From assembly GCA_049521795.1 (NCBI GenBank), contig JBEKOM010000001.1, forward strand, positions 480,001 to 544,000: DNA of 64,000 nt, written 5' to 3'. Every line of letters starts with the position of its first letter. The stretch's first letter is position 1. The position numbers and the translations under genes are program-made. Below are positions 27,670-38,427 of the stretch, one piece after another. This DNA comes from Candidatus Bathyarchaeia archaeon (lineage in GTDB: Archaea > Thermoproteota > Bathyarchaeia > Bathyarchaeales > Bathycorpusculaceae). The notes under the pieces are model-generated. The model searched no databases. It saw only the letters and a list, made by a program, of their open reading frames with translations, and was not told the DNA's origin.

Positions 27670-30420
27670 ATGCTGATGACGGAGCCAACAATCCAACAGA
27701 AAGTTGATTCTACTGGAGTACTCCTGAATCTGACCGATGGGGAGCACGTGCATGTCTTACATGTGGACGATGATTCCTGCTGTTTGAAGGTCGCCAAAGA
27801 GTGCTTAGAGCTGCAAGGCAAACTTCGGGTAGACACTGCGCTATCTGTCGATGAAGCTGTCGAAAAAATGAAGAACGAGAAGTACGACGTGGTCATTTGC
27901 GACTACGCGATGCCAGGGAAAGACGGTCTTGAGTTTCTGAAAGACCTGCGGGAAGCTGGAAACGACATTCCATTCATTATATTCACTGGGGAAGGCAGAG
28001 AAGAAGTTGCAATCAGGGCGTTAAATCTTGGCGCCGACCGATATTTCAACAAAGTAGGCGAGCCAGGAACAGTGTACGGTGAACTGGCGCACAGCGTACT
28101 CCAAGTCGTTAAGGGCAGAAAAAGAGAGGAGGCGCTTGGAGCCAGTGAAGACTATCTGAAAGCAATACTTTCTTCTATCTTCACAGGGGTTCTGATCATA
28201 GATGCAGAAACGCATGAAATCATGGACGTGAATTCCAACGCGTTAGAAGCAATAGGCGCTTCAAGAGAGCATGTAATCGGAAGAGTGTGCCACAACTTCA
28301 TCTGTCCAGCTCAAAAGGGAAAATGTCCGATCACTGACTTGAGAGAGACTGTTGACAAGTCAGAACGCGTGTTGCAAAGAGCAGACGGCGGAAAGATTCC
28401 GATTCTTAAGACTGTTGTGACGATGACGTGGAAAGGCCACAAGTACATGGTGGAAAGCTTCGTCGACATCACCGAACGCAAAAAAGTCGAACGAGCGTTG
28501 CGGGAGAACCAGGAGAAGTTCAAACAACTGTTCATGGATAGTCCTGAAGCAGCTGTTTACACAGACCCAAATTCCCGTATCTCAGACGTCAACCCTCGCT
28601 TCACGGAACTCTTTGGGTACTCACTAGATGAGGTCAAAGGAAAAAACATTAACCATGTTGTTGTGCAGGACGACAAGATTGAAGAGGCAGAAATGCTGGA
28701 CAGAACGTCCTTAGAAGGATGTCTTTATCACGAAACCGTCAGAAAGAGGAAAGACGGATCCTTAGTTCCAGTTTCGATTTCCGTTGCTCCAATCACGTTT
28801 GAAGGCAAAACAATCGGAACTGTCGGGCTGTACAGGGACATTACAGAAAGGAAACATTATGAAAGAAGCCTTTCAGCCTTGAACAACTACAGTCAGAGCC
28901 TAAACATGGCAAACAGCGTGCAAGAAATCTGCGGGCTCGCCCTGGACGCTGCACAGAAAACTCTGGGATTCAAATTCGCCGACTTTCTCGTAATAGAAGG
29001 AAAAAATCTCCACTTAGTAGAAAATCGAGGACGCTCCAAGGACTTCACAGTCACCCTGCCAATGGATGGGGACAGAGGCGTCACGGTCAAAGTGGCAAAA
29101 ACAGGTGAAACTATTCTCGTTCGAGATACCAGTGAAGAAGCGGCTTATGTCAAATTCGGAGAAAACATCCACTCAGAACTCGCCGTGCCCATAAAGGTTG
29201 GGAACGAAGTTCTCGGAGTTTTAAACGTGGAAAGCAATGAATGGAATGCTTTCAACGAAAAAGATCAGGAACTCCTTGAAATCTTGGCGTCGCACGCTGC
29301 CACTGCAATGATCAAACTAGAATATTCTAAGAATCTGGAAGCCTATGCGCAGGAAATTCGGGAGAGTCAACAGAAGTTTGAGAAACTGTTCATGGACAAT
29401 CCTGAAGCAATGGTCTATATGGATTCAAGTTTTTGCATCCTGGAGATCAATCCGCACTTCACCAAACTCTTCGGATATTCTCCAGCCGAGGTCAGGGGCA
29501 AACACATCAACGACATGATAGTGCCAACGGACAGAATGGAACAGGCTAAAATGTTCGACGAAAGGGCCAGTAAGGGAGAGACGTATCATGAGGACACCGT
29601 TAGAAAGAGGAAGGATGGGACTCTGATTCCGGTTGCCTTTTCGACGGCTCCCATAGCCGTTGGAGGTCAGATCATAAACCACACGGCGGTGTACAAGGAC
29701 ATTTCTCAGCTGAAGAAGGCAGAGGAAGGGTTGAGACAGACGCTGAAAAGGCTGGAAACGATGAACGAAAAACTGTGCGTCGTCGGCAGGCTGAGTCGGC
29801 ATGACGTTCGAAACAAACTCTCCGCAGTTGTCGGGAACACATACTTAGCGAAAAAGAAGCTGCCTGCAAACAGTGACGTCCTAGAATATCTCGCAGGGAT
29901 AGAAACAGCTGTTCTGCAAGCGGTGAGGATTTTCGATTTTGCAAGAGCATACGAGATGCTAGGAGCTGAAGAATTAGTGTACGTAGGTGCAGAGAAAACC
30001 ATTAACGAGGCTGTTTCGCTCTTTTCCGACCTGCACGGCGTAAAAGTGACGAACGAATGTCATGGTTTACACCTTCTAGCTGACTCTCTGTTAAGAGAGC
30101 TCTTCTACAATCTTATCGATAATTCATTGAAGTACGGAAAAAAGATCACCCAAATCAGAATTTGCTACGAGAAAAGCGAAGACCAGCTCAGACTCGTTTA
30201 TGAAGATGACGGCGTCGGCATAACTCCCGATGAGAAACTCAACCTTTTCAAGGAAGGAATCGGAAAAGGCACCGGCTACGGCCTGTATCTCACCAAGAAA
30301 ATGATGGAAGTCTACGGCTGGACAATACAGGAAACAGGTCAAACTGGACAAGGAGCCCGATTCCTCATAACCGTACCTACCATAAACGAAAAAGGGAAAG
30401 CAAACTACAAGCTCGACTAG
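27670..30420 (+). CDS. REC-PAS-PAS-GAF-PAS histidine kinase
   Basis: VLHVDDD...CDYAMPGKDG; three PAS domains; SELAVP GAF; RHDVRN H-box, NLIDNS, DDGVG, GYGL. Confidence 0.92.
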   Translation: MLMTEPTIQQKVDSTGVLLNLTDGEHVHVLHVDDDSCCLKVAKECLELQGKLRVDTALSVDEAVEKMKNEKYDVVICDYAMPGKDGLEFLKDLREAGNDIPFIIFTGEGREEVAIRALNLGADRYFNKVGEPGTVYGELAHSVLQVVKGRKREEALGASEDYLKAILSSIFTGVLIIDAETHEIMDVNSNALEAIGASREHVIGRVCHNFICPAQKGKCPITDLRETVDKSERVLQRADGGKIPILKTVVTMTWKGHKYMVESFVDITERKKVERALRENQEKFKQLFMDSPEAAVYTDPNSRISDVNPRFTELFGYSLDEVKGKNINHVVVQDDKIEEAEMLDRTSLEGCLYHETVRKRKDGSLVPVSISVAPITFEGKTIGTVGLYRDITERKHYERSLSALNNYSQSLNMANSVQEICGLALDAAQKTLGFKFADFLVIEGKNLHLVENRGRSKDFTVTLPMDGDRGVTVKVAKTGETILVRDTSEEAAYVKFGENIHSELAVPIKVGNEVLGVLNVESNEWNAFNEKDQELLEILASHAATAMIKLEYSKNLEAYAQEIRESQQKFEKLFMDNPEAMVYMDSSFCILEINPHFTKLFGYSPAEVRGKHINDMIVPTDRMEQAKMFDERASKGETYHEDTVRKRKDGTLIPVAFSTAPIAVGGQIINHTAVYKDISQLKKAEEGLRQTLKRLETMNEKLCVVGRLSRHDVRNKLSAVVGNTYLAKKKLPANSDVLEYLAGIETAVLQAVRIFDFARAYEMLGAEELVYVGAEKTINEAVSLFSDLHGVKVTNECHGLHLLADSLLRELFYNLIDNSLKYGKKITQIRICYEKSEDQLRLVYEDDGVGITPDEKLNLFKEGIGKGTGYGLYLTKKMMEVYGWTIQETGQTGQGARFLITVPTINEKGKANYKLD

Positions 30421-30649
30421 TTCCTCGTCACAAGTCAAATCATTTAAGCATCCAGTGTTCGCGGTTTTTACCAGAAAATTCGCGCTCCAATTTTAGCCAT
30501 ACCTCCACAAACGCTCAAATCATGCCTTCTTGACCGAAATAAGTCTGCATAATGCCTGCGTTTAGTGATGCTCCAGCCAGGCCTTGAATCATGCAGACGC
30601 GTGCACATCACTGCGCCAATGGGTACAGACACATTTCAGAACATAACTC

Positions 30650-31939
30650 TTATCGTCGCAGAGTCTCTTCGAGCCTGAAGTACATCGCTGCGCCTATCCC
30701 TCTGCCTACGGTTGAGATGAAATAGACGATCTGTAGCCCTGCAACCAAGCCGAACAAGCCTATCATGTAGTCTGATAAGTATCCGCCGATGAGTGAGCCG
30801 AAGAAAGTCACTATGCCCATGATGAGGTTGAATACTGCTGTGAAGCTTCCGCGAGATTCTGCCGGGGAGACATCAATCAGATAGGCTGTTATCGATGCTG
30901 ACCCCAGAGCTTGGGAGAAACCCCAAAAGACCCCTACAATTATCAGCGAGTTGACACTTGGAAACAGTGCGTACGCCAGAGGCACTGTTACGAGGCTGAA
31001 CCTGAAGAACACCATCAGTGGCTTTCTCCCAACAGTGTCCGCAAGCCGTCCAGCCCAACCTTGGAAGATTATGGTTATGACAGTTTGAACCACGCTCAGC
31101 AGGGCTATTTGCAGCCAGGAAGCGTTCAAGATCCTGATCTGAGTAATAGCGAACAGTGGCCAAGCGATGGACATGGAAAAGTTGAACACTCCTTCCACGT
31201 AACAGTACCTTACGAAGCTGGGCGTCTTCTTGGCAGACTTCAAAATGTCGAACACGTCCGTGGTCACGTTCCGTTTCAAGTCCAGTCTGGCCGCGTTGCC
31301 TTTCTCCTTTATTTTCAGCATGACTAACGATGATGCCACTCCGAAGACTGCGGCAACAACCAGTGGAACGAAAAGCACTTGTTGGATTGTTCCGTGGATG
31401 TATATCATGAAGATGCCTGAGGCCAGAGTGGCAACTGTTCCCCCTATTGAAGCCCAATAGTTGATCGACGCGTTTTCCTTTCCCAATCTGAGATGGGGAA
31501 CCAAGTCTCCTATCAGAGCCGTCCAAGCCGGGGTTGCCATCGAACCTAAGAGCGCTTGGATTGCCAAAAGCACGATGAGCTGACCTGCGTTCGTCACGAA
31601 TATCATCGGAACCCACAGGAATGACAGGATCAGTCCGCCGAAGACGATGAAGGACACTCTGCGTTTGCTTCTGTCACTCATTATTCCCCAGAAAACCTGC
31701 ATAAGATTGTTCGTGATGTTAGTTGAGGATTGAAACCAACCCATGTCCGAGGAAGAAGCGCCGAGGTCCACAGCGTAAGCACCCATAAAAGGGTTCACCA
31801 TTCCGCCGCTTATCGAATTAACAACCGACCTTGCATACAGAGGTTTCAGGTCCGACTCAGTCCTCTTCTCCTCTGAGGTTTCCTTCCTTTCCACTGTGAC
31901 TTCACACACATTCAGTTTTGATTCTCCACTTAGAAGCAA
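30650..31939 (-). CDS. MFS transporter
   Basis: WGIMSDRSKRR and GRLADTVGRK; about 12 TM helices. Confidence 0.9.
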   Translation of the reverse strand: MLLSGESKLNVCEVTVERKETSEEKRTESDLKPLYARSVVNSISGGMVNPFMGAYAVDLGASSSDMGWFQSSTNITNNLMQVFWGIMSDRSKRRVSFIVFGGLILSFLWVPMIFVTNAGQLIVLLAIQALLGSMATPAWTALIGDLVPHLRLGKENASINYWASIGGTVATLASGIFMIYIHGTIQQVLFVPLVVAAVFGVASSLVMLKIKEKGNAARLDLKRNVTTDVFDILKSAKKTPSFVRYCYVEGVFNFSMSIAWPLFAITQIRILNASWLQIALLSVVQTVITIIFQGWAGRLADTVGRKPLMVFFRFSLVTVPLAYALFPSVNSLIIVGVFWGFSQALGSASITAYLIDVSPAESRGSFTAVFNLIMGIVTFFGSLIGGYLSDYMIGLFGLVAGLQIVYFISTVGRGIGAAMYFRLEETLRR

Positions 31940-32195
31940 AGCGGACTTAAAAACCGATGTGCTCCATGATCACTTCAAGCGAACACAGAACTTGCCAACA
32001 TCCGTCTTAGCCAAAGTCTGGACAACCGAAGGTCACGTTAGAGGAGGTTTTTCATTGACTTTCTGTTTGTCTGAGGCTTTACCGCGAAAAGGAAAGGATT
32101 CTTGCAATAAAGGCTGCACCAGTCATTATAGTCAAAGTCCATTGCATGAACAAGAAAACCAACAATATGCAGTCGGGGAACTTTGAACTTTGGTA

Positions 32196-32308
32196 TGGTG
32201 CTCCGGCCGGGATTTGGACCCGGGTCCGCGGCTTTCTCCCAGTTGCCAGAGTCGAGAGGCCGCTATACATGATCCCTTCAAGGTTTGACCGAACTATACT
32301 ACCGGAGC
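32196..32308 (-). tRNA. tRNA-Glu(CTC) with two BHB introns and encoded CCA
   Basis: GCTCCGG acceptor...GCGGC-CT-CTC-G^A-GCCGC...CCGGAGC-ACCA; introns at 32269-32284 (16 nt, D-arm, about 21/22) and 32234-32252 (19 nt, 37/38). Confidence 0.9.
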
Positions 32309-32554
32309 ACTGCACAAGACTACTCGCGTTCGAAGTATATTTTCGTTCTTCTAGTTATAGTGTTGCTGATCGTTCTGTGACGTTTGTTCTGCCTGTGGAA
32401 GTGGCAAAGGATTTCTTGATTGACAAAGTGTTGAAACTATGAAGGAGATGCACAGACTCTGGCTTGCTGTTGCCGCGCGAAGAAGCTCACAGTGTGAAGT
32501 TAGTGTATGGTTGAGAAAAATGGATGGAAGATATAGAAAAATTAAGGGATGTTT

Positions 32555-34210
32555 TTAGTCTTCGCCTTCGGGCATTTCGCCGCCGGGTGGTTTTCCTGCT
32601 CCCGGTCCTTCTTTCGGCTTGGTGGCTGCTATGACGTCGTCTATGCGGAGTATCATTGCAGCGGATTCTGTGGCTGACTTCACTGCCTGCTCTTTCACTA
32701 CTAGGGGTTCGACCACGCCTTTGTCGCGCATGTTTTCGACTTTTCCAGTGAAGACGTTTATGCCTTTGTGTTGGCCGTCTGTTTTCTCGTGTGCGGCTCT
32801 GAGTTCGACGATTACGTCTACCGGTTCGAGTCCAGCGTTTTCAGCCAAGGCTTTGGGTATCACTTCGATGGCGTCAGCGAAGGCTTCTATCGCGAGCTGT
32901 TCTCTTCCGCCAACGTTTATGGCGTACTTTCGAAGTTCTTTAGCCATTTCGACTTCCACTGCGCCGCCGCCTGCAACTATCCTGTTGTTTTCTATGACGT
33001 CTGAAACCACTGACAGCGCGTCGGTCATTGCTCTTTCAGCTTCGTCGACCATTCTTTCTAGTCCAGCGCGTATAATGATGGCGACTGAGCGGGGGTCTTT
33101 GCATTTCTCCACGAAAATCATCTTGTCTTCGCCGAGTTTGCGTTCCTCCACAAGGCCCGCCGTTCCCAGATCCTGGACTTTCAAGTCGGTGAGGTTCGTG
33201 ATTATTCTTCCGCCAGTGGCTCTTGCCAGCTTCTCCATGTCTGACTGTTTCACTCTTCTTGCTGCGAGTATTCCATCTTTTGCGAGGAAGTGTTGCGCCA
33301 TGTCGTCGATGCCTTTCTGGCAGAAAACCACGTTCGCGCCTGAGGCTTTGATCTTTTCAACCATGTCTTGCAGCATCTTGTTTTCTTGGTCTAGGAAGGC
33401 TTTCATCTGGTTTGGGTCGCGTATCCGTATTTCAGCGCTGATCTCTGTCTTCTCAATTTCGAGTGCAGCGTCCAGCAGTGCTATCTTCGCTCTTTCGACT
33501 TGTTTAGGCATGCCGGAGTGGACTACTTCCTTGTCTATGACTAGGCCTTTGACGAGTTGTGATTCGAAGAGGCTCTTTCCCGTTTTCTTCGTAACTTGAA
33601 CGTTGTCTATGTCGGCGACGTTTCTGTCTCCGCGTTTTTCAACTATCTGCATCACCGCGTCGATTGCCATGTCTGCAAGGTGGTCTTTCGCCGCGCCTAC
33701 TGCCTTGCTTGCCATCGATGTCACGGCGACTTTTTTGAGTGTCGCACGGTCTTCTATGTCGACTTCTATCGACGTGTTGTTTATCGTTTCAACCGCCTTT
33801 TCGGCTGCCTTGCGGTAGCCGCTGACAATTATCGTAGGGTGGATGTTCTGCTCCAAGAGATCTTCGGCCTTTTTGAGCAGTTCCCCTGCCAACACGACGG
33901 CGGTTGTCGTTCCGTCGCCCACCATGTCGTCTTGAGTTTTCGCGATTTCCACCATCATCTTCGCTGCTGGATGGTCAACTTCTATCTCGTTCAGTATCGT
34001 GGCTCCGTCGTTTGTTATAGTGATGTCTCCAAGGCTGTCAATGAGCATCTTGTCCATGCCGCGTGGTCCCAAAGTCGTCTTCAAGACTTCACCGACTATT
34101 CTTGCGGCCATTATATTGTTTCTCTGAGCTTCCTTACCTCTGTTCCGTGACGTTCCTTCCTTCAGGATCAGGACCGGTTGTCCCGACGCTGTTGTCGTTA
34201 AATATGCCAT
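32555..34210 (-). CDS. Thermosome (group II chaperonin) subunit
   Basis: [33 protein letters not shown]. Confidence 0.97.
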   Translation of the reverse strand: MAYLTTTASGQPVLILKEGTSRNRGKEAQRNNIMAARIVGEVLKTTLGPRGMDKMLIDSLGDITITNDGATILNEIEVDHPAAKMMVEIAKTQDDMVGDGTTTAVVLAGELLKKAEDLLEQNIHPTIIVSGYRKAAEKAVETINNTSIEVDIEDRATLKKVAVTSMASKAVGAAKDHLADMAIDAVMQIVEKRGDRNVADIDNVQVTKKTGKSLFESQLVKGLVIDKEVVHSGMPKQVERAKIALLDAALEIEKTEISAEIRIRDPNQMKAFLDQENKMLQDMVEKIKASGANVVFCQKGIDDMAQHFLAKDGILAARRVKQSDMEKLARATGGRIITNLTDLKVQDLGTAGLVEERKLGEDKMIFVEKCKDPRSVAIIIRAGLERMVDEAERAMTDALSVVSDVIENNRIVAGGGAVEVEMAKELRKYAINVGGREQLAIEAFADAIEVIPKALAENAGLEPVDVIVELRAAHEKTDGQHKGINVFTGKVENMRDKGVVEPLVVKEQAVKSATESAAMILRIDDVIAATKPKEGPGAGKPPGGEMPEGED

Positions 34211-34424
34211 TCATACCCTCCGTTCAAGGTTAGAATTCTACTAATCGGGAATAAGCAAAAATGCTCAATAATATAAATCTTGCCTCTGCATGTCTGCTTC
34301 TGTGAATAGAGTTGCTCCATTCGTGGGCGAAACTGCACAGGGTATGCACACGTTGTTTTGTGTTTACTGTGGTGCAACGGTTTAAATTTCGGCTTGCTTT
34401 TTCATTTTTCTAGGCGGTTAAGTC

Positions 34425-34718
34425 TTGCGTGTCTCAGTGCGGTTCTTCACTATTCTCAGGGAGATCACAGGCGAGAAAGAGGAAACCTTCCAGTTTCCAA
34501 AGGATGAAGAGGTGACGGTGAACCGTGTTCTCATGCGATTGAGTGAGAAATATGGCAAAGCCTTTGACGAGTACGTTTACGATCATAGAACTAATGAGGT
34601 TAAGGGTTTCCTGCAGTTTCTCGTGAACGGCAGAAGCGTGTCTTCTCCTAACGGCACGGAAACTGAGCTTTCGGATGGAGATATTCTTGCGATAGTTCCA
34701 CCTGTTAGCGGCGGCTAA
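34425..34718 (+). CDS. MoaD/ThiS/SAMP ubiquitin-like protein
   Basis: LVNG...L.DGD...PPVSGG C-terminus. Confidence 0.9.
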   Translation: MRVSVRFFTILREITGEKEETFQFPKDEEVTVNRVLMRLSEKYGKAFDEYVYDHRTNEVKGFLQFLVNGRSVSSPNGTETELSDGDILAIVPPVSGG

Positions 34719-34802
34719 CGTCCGTTCATTGTTTAGTCTGCGGTTAGTTTACGGTTTGCGTCTTGGGCATTTACTAGTTTTTGTGGGTCAGGAACACGTG
34801 CT

Positions 34803-36584
34803 TCATGCTCCCCAGAAGGGCACTTTCTTTCTCATGAGGTTGACGTACTCGTTGAGTGCTTCAAGCTCTTCTGGGGTCAGCTTTTCTGTGAACTTTGCCT
34901 GTAGCACTTTGGCGTGCTTTTCAGGGATTTTGACGTACAGCACGTCTTTTTCGAATATGTGTCTTCCAAAAATGGGCTTGTCGACTGACACTGCCACCTG
35001 CATTCCTTGTCCGGCATTTGAGAGGGCTTCTCCTTTTTCTTGTATCTGCTGGATTTCGCCGATTTCTTCGCCGTTTTCAGCTCTCACGAGCCCATATTTG
35101 GGCTTGATGTTTCCTGCGAGGATTTCGACGCCGAATATGGCGGGTTTGGCTCTTCGGAACACGTAGCCTTCCATGACTCTAAGCTTGGCGGGTTTGACGA
35201 GGGCGTCGAAGTCTTCTTCGAGTCCGGCTTCGCGTTTCCCTTTGAACCATGCAAGATAGTTCTCAATGACATGGTAGATTATTCTGTCTGCGAATATCGT
35301 TATGCCTCTGCTCTTGGCCTCTTCTTCCGCGTCGGGCAGGGTTCTGACGTTGAAGGCTAATATGGCGCCGTACAGGGGTTCATGTTCCTTCACAGCGGCT
35401 GATTCGGCAACGTCTCGTTTCGATATGTCTCCAACATCTGCCAGTCGGATGGGCACCTTGTTCTGTTTGAGTATGTCTGCAATCGCCTCAAGTGAGCCAA
35501 GTGTGTCTGCTTTCACTACAACTCCATCGATATCCGTTGAGATTCTGATTTTTCCAATTTCCTCGGTGATCAACTTGGCGTACTTTTCTGGTTCGGCACC
35601 TTTGGGAACAGCGTACAGAGTTGCGCCTGCTAAGACTCCTTCAAGGTCCGGCGCGACTATCTTGACTCCTGCCGCGGCGGAAACAGAGTCGACCGAGGAG
35701 AACTTGTCCCTTGGGTCTCTGATCTCGTCCAGCGGTTTGGGGACAAGAATCGCACGTGTCCGTGTTACTATTGGTTTTTCTTTGCCACCTACGACGATCA
35801 AGTCGTCTTTCTGCAGCACACCGTCGTAGATTATGGTGTTGAGGGTAAGTCCGAGCCCAATTTCCTCCTTCACTTCAAGAATTGTGCCCTTTGCTGGGCC
35901 TTTAGTGGTCTGAAGACGCTTCTTGAGGTACTGCTGTGCAAGTCCGATGAGCACCATGATGAGTTCGGTTATGCCCTCGCCTGTCTTAGCGCTAGTCGGC
36001 ACTACTGCTACGGTAGTAGTGAATTCTCTCACGTGGTCGAAGCGATCTGTTTTGAACCCCAACCGGGAGAATGTGCCTATGATGTCGTATATTCTGTTGT
36101 CCAGGTCCTCCCTGACGTAGGGGTCTTGCAGCGGATAGGTCTTAGAAAAAGGGGTGTCTGGTTGGGACTTCCAGCCTGGTACGCGGTCAATCATGTTCGC
36201 TGCGACTATGAACGGAGTTTTCCGGGCTTTGAGAATCTCGATGCATTCGTAGGTTTGAGCTTCGAGCCCTCGGAGAACGTTAATCACCAGAATGGCTATG
36301 TCTGCGACGCTGCCGCCTCTTCTGCGAAGGTTCGTGAAAACCTCGTGTCCCGGCGTGTCGACGATGAGCAGGCCGGGGATTTCTATTTCGCCCTTGATTC
36401 CGGAAATCTGGGAACCCACGAGCTGAGCCAGAGTCTCAGCTGGGAAGAAGCTGGCGCCGATGTGCTGAGTGATTCCGCCGACTTCGCGGGCCTGAACGCT
36501 TGTTTTACGGATCTTATCCAGAAGAGAAGTCTTGCCGCTGTCAACATGGCCGAGAACGCACACGATTGGTTGACGAATCGGCAT
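34803..36584 (-). CDS. infB: Translation initiation factor aIF5B/IF-2
   Basis: GHVDSGKT, GGITQHIGA, DTPGHE, KADTLGSLEA. Confidence 0.96.
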   Translation of the reverse strand: MPIRQPIVCVLGHVDSGKTSLLDKIRKTSVQAREVGGITQHIGASFFPAETLAQLVGSQISGIKGEIEIPGLLIVDTPGHEVFTNLRRRGGSVADIAILVINVLRGLEAQTYECIEILKARKTPFIVAANMIDRVPGWKSQPDTPFSKTYPLQDPYVREDLDNRIYDIIGTFSRLGFKTDRFDHVREFTTTVAVVPTSAKTGEGITELIMVLIGLAQQYLKKRLQTTKGPAKGTILEVKEEIGLGLTLNTIIYDGVLQKDDLIVVGGKEKPIVTRTRAILVPKPLDEIRDPRDKFSSVDSVSAAAGVKIVAPDLEGVLAGATLYAVPKGAEPEKYAKLITEEIGKIRISTDIDGVVVKADTLGSLEAIADILKQNKVPIRLADVGDISKRDVAESAAVKEHEPLYGAILAFNVRTLPDAEEEAKSRGITIFADRIIYHVIENYLAWFKGKREAGLEEDFDALVKPAKLRVMEGYVFRRAKPAIFGVEILAGNIKPKYGLVRAENGEEIGEIQQIQEKGEALSNAGQGMQVAVSVDKPIFGRHIFEKDVLYVKIPEKHAKVLQAKFTEKLTPEELEALNEYVNLMRKKVPFWGA

Positions 36585-36680
36585 CTTAATCTTCTTCCTG
36601 CCCCAGCGATGAACAAGCCGTTTTCCGACTGTTTGCTGAAAATTAATAAACTATTACCCTAATAAATGCTCATCTGAGGA

Positions 36681-37007
36681 TTGCAGAGTTTGCCGTACTG
36701 CTCGAAGTGTGGAGCGAAGTTGACTGATGAAGATAAGTTCTGCACTGTTTGCGGTACGAAGGTCACCAAAGTTGCGCGAGAGGAGTTCGCGGTTTCTTCT
36801 GATAATCTCATTCAAAGGGTCAGAGAGCTGCTTCACGAAGGAAACGTAACCAGGATAATCGTCGAAGATATGAACGGGCAGGTTCTTCTTGAAATACCTG
36901 CCACTGTCGGAGTCATCGGCGCCATCATTGCGCCTTGGCTTGCAGCCTTAGGCGTCATAGCTGCTCTGGCCACGAAATGCAGGATAGTCGTTGAAAGAAG
37001 AGAATAG
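36681..37007 (+). CDS. Zinc ribbon + DUF4342 protein
   Basis: YCSKCG...FCTVCG; ELLHEGNVTRIIV...LEIP. Confidence 0.8.
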   Translation: MQSLPYCSKCGAKLTDEDKFCTVCGTKVTKVAREEFAVSSDNLIQRVRELLHEGNVTRIIVEDMNGQVLLEIPATVGVIGAIIAPWLAALGVIAALATKCRIVVERRE

Positions 37008-37008
37008 C

Positions 37009-37209
37009 CTACTCAGTCGTCTTGGCTATCATCAAAACTAATCCTACCGCCACGAGGAGAAGGCACAGGAAACTGAAGAAACCCGTGAACGCGCCCAGAG
37101 TCGAGGCGCTTGTGACGGTGTAGTACAAAGCAAAAAGGCCCACAACAAAGGCTATGAAGCCGAAGAATTTTTCAGCCAAGCCTATCCCGAAACCGCCTTC
37201 ATCACTCAT
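37009..37209 (-). CDS. Small two-TM membrane protein
   Basis: 66-aa ATG ORF with two hydrophobic helices. Confidence 0.6.
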   Translation of the reverse strand: MSDEGGFGIGLAEKFFGFIAFVVGLFALYYTVTSASTLGAFTGFFSFLCLLLVAVGLVLMIAKTTE

Positions 37210-37361
37210 TTCAGTCCATTCCTTCCGACATGCTTCCAGATAGAAAGATGCACAGTTATTTTATGCTTTCGCTAGAAGCGTACCCTACATGAAAGCCCTG
37301 ACGAGAAGTCTTTCGTTTTCCCTGAAACGTCTAAGATTAGTGCGCGTCAAGTGACGGGGTT

Positions 37362-38426
37362 TCACTTCGTTTCTTCAAGCTTGTTCGGCAGGTATTCGTC
37401 CACAATGTACGTTAGGCCGTATCTGCTGAACGCCTCTTGCTCCGCCTTCTTTTTGATTTTCATAAAGGTCTTGATCTCTCTGCGCCACAACGGGTCTTTG
37501 TAACGTGGGTCCTTCTGCAGTTCATACAGCCTCTTCATGTCCACGTCGTCAAGCGGGTCGGTTGGAAGCTTGTAGTCAACGATGTCTGTTGCCCAGACTC
37601 CGCTCCATTTGGCGTCAGGCGTGTTCAACTCTCTCAAGTGCGCAGCGTTCGCAGAGCCTGAGATTATGACCATGGCGATGTGCATTCCCCAGGGGTCGCC
37701 GTCTGTGAAGATGAACACGGGAAGGTTCAGCTCCTCGTTCAGTCTTCTTATGAAGTGTCTCGTCGCCCTGGGCGCCTGGCCGGCTGTTAACACTAGAATA
37801 GCGTTGTGCTTCTTGTGCACGTTTTCTTCGATGAACCTTGTGAACAGGCCGCCTTTCTCGATGGCTATTACTTTGTCTGCAGAGGTCTTGACAAATTCGG
37901 ACGAGGTCAGAGCCGGTCCGATGAGTACGCCATCGGGGTGCGAAGTCAGATCCAGAGTCTTGCCTTCATAACCCGGCACAGTGTACTCTATCGTCAGGTC
38001 GCCGAAGACTGCTGAGCGCTCTTCTGGAAAGATGTTGAAGTCTTCTCTTGAAAACCCTAGAACCGTTTCCAAGTCTGTTATGATGTTGTTTGATTCCTGC
38101 TGGTCCTTGAACGTCATCTCGTATGCCTGCGCCGAGTAGTAGACATCTCTTAGAGTTGACGTTTTGCGCTGCGAAGAAAGCTCGTTGGAGAACAGTGCCG
38201 CCCATACCAGCTGGGTGAACGGTTTCACGTGGCTGATGTTGCGTGCGTTTCTGCGAACCCTCCTGTCGCCTAATATGAACTGTCTGAGCTTCTCATCGTA
38301 CATTATGTTGTCCGTAGAGCGGCTCGGCATGTCTATTGACGGAAAGACTCCCTTGTCAAGCTGATCATAGATTGTGCCGCCGAGAGTCTCAAGGCCAGCT
38401 AGAACTTCTTTCTTCCTTTCACTCAC
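37362..38426 (-). CDS. top6A: DNA topoisomerase VI subunit A
   Basis: TLRDVYY, IEKGG, DGDPWG, KAEQEA; GTG start just after the top6B stop. Confidence 0.95.
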   Translation of the reverse strand: MSERKKEVLAGLETLGGTIYDQLDKGVFPSIDMPSRSTDNIMYDEKLRQFILGDRRVRRNARNISHVKPFTQLVWAALFSNELSSQRKTSTLRDVYYSAQAYEMTFKDQQESNNIITDLETVLGFSREDFNIFPEERSAVFGDLTIEYTVPGYEGKTLDLTSHPDGVLIGPALTSSEFVKTSADKVIAIEKGGLFTRFIEENVHKKHNAILVLTAGQAPRATRHFIRRLNEELNLPVFIFTDGDPWGMHIAMVIISGSANAAHLRELNTPDAKWSGVWATDIVDYKLPTDPLDDVDMKRLYELQKDPRYKDPLWRREIKTFMKIKKKAEQEAFSRYGLTYIVDEYLPNKLEETK

Positions 38427-38427
38427 A

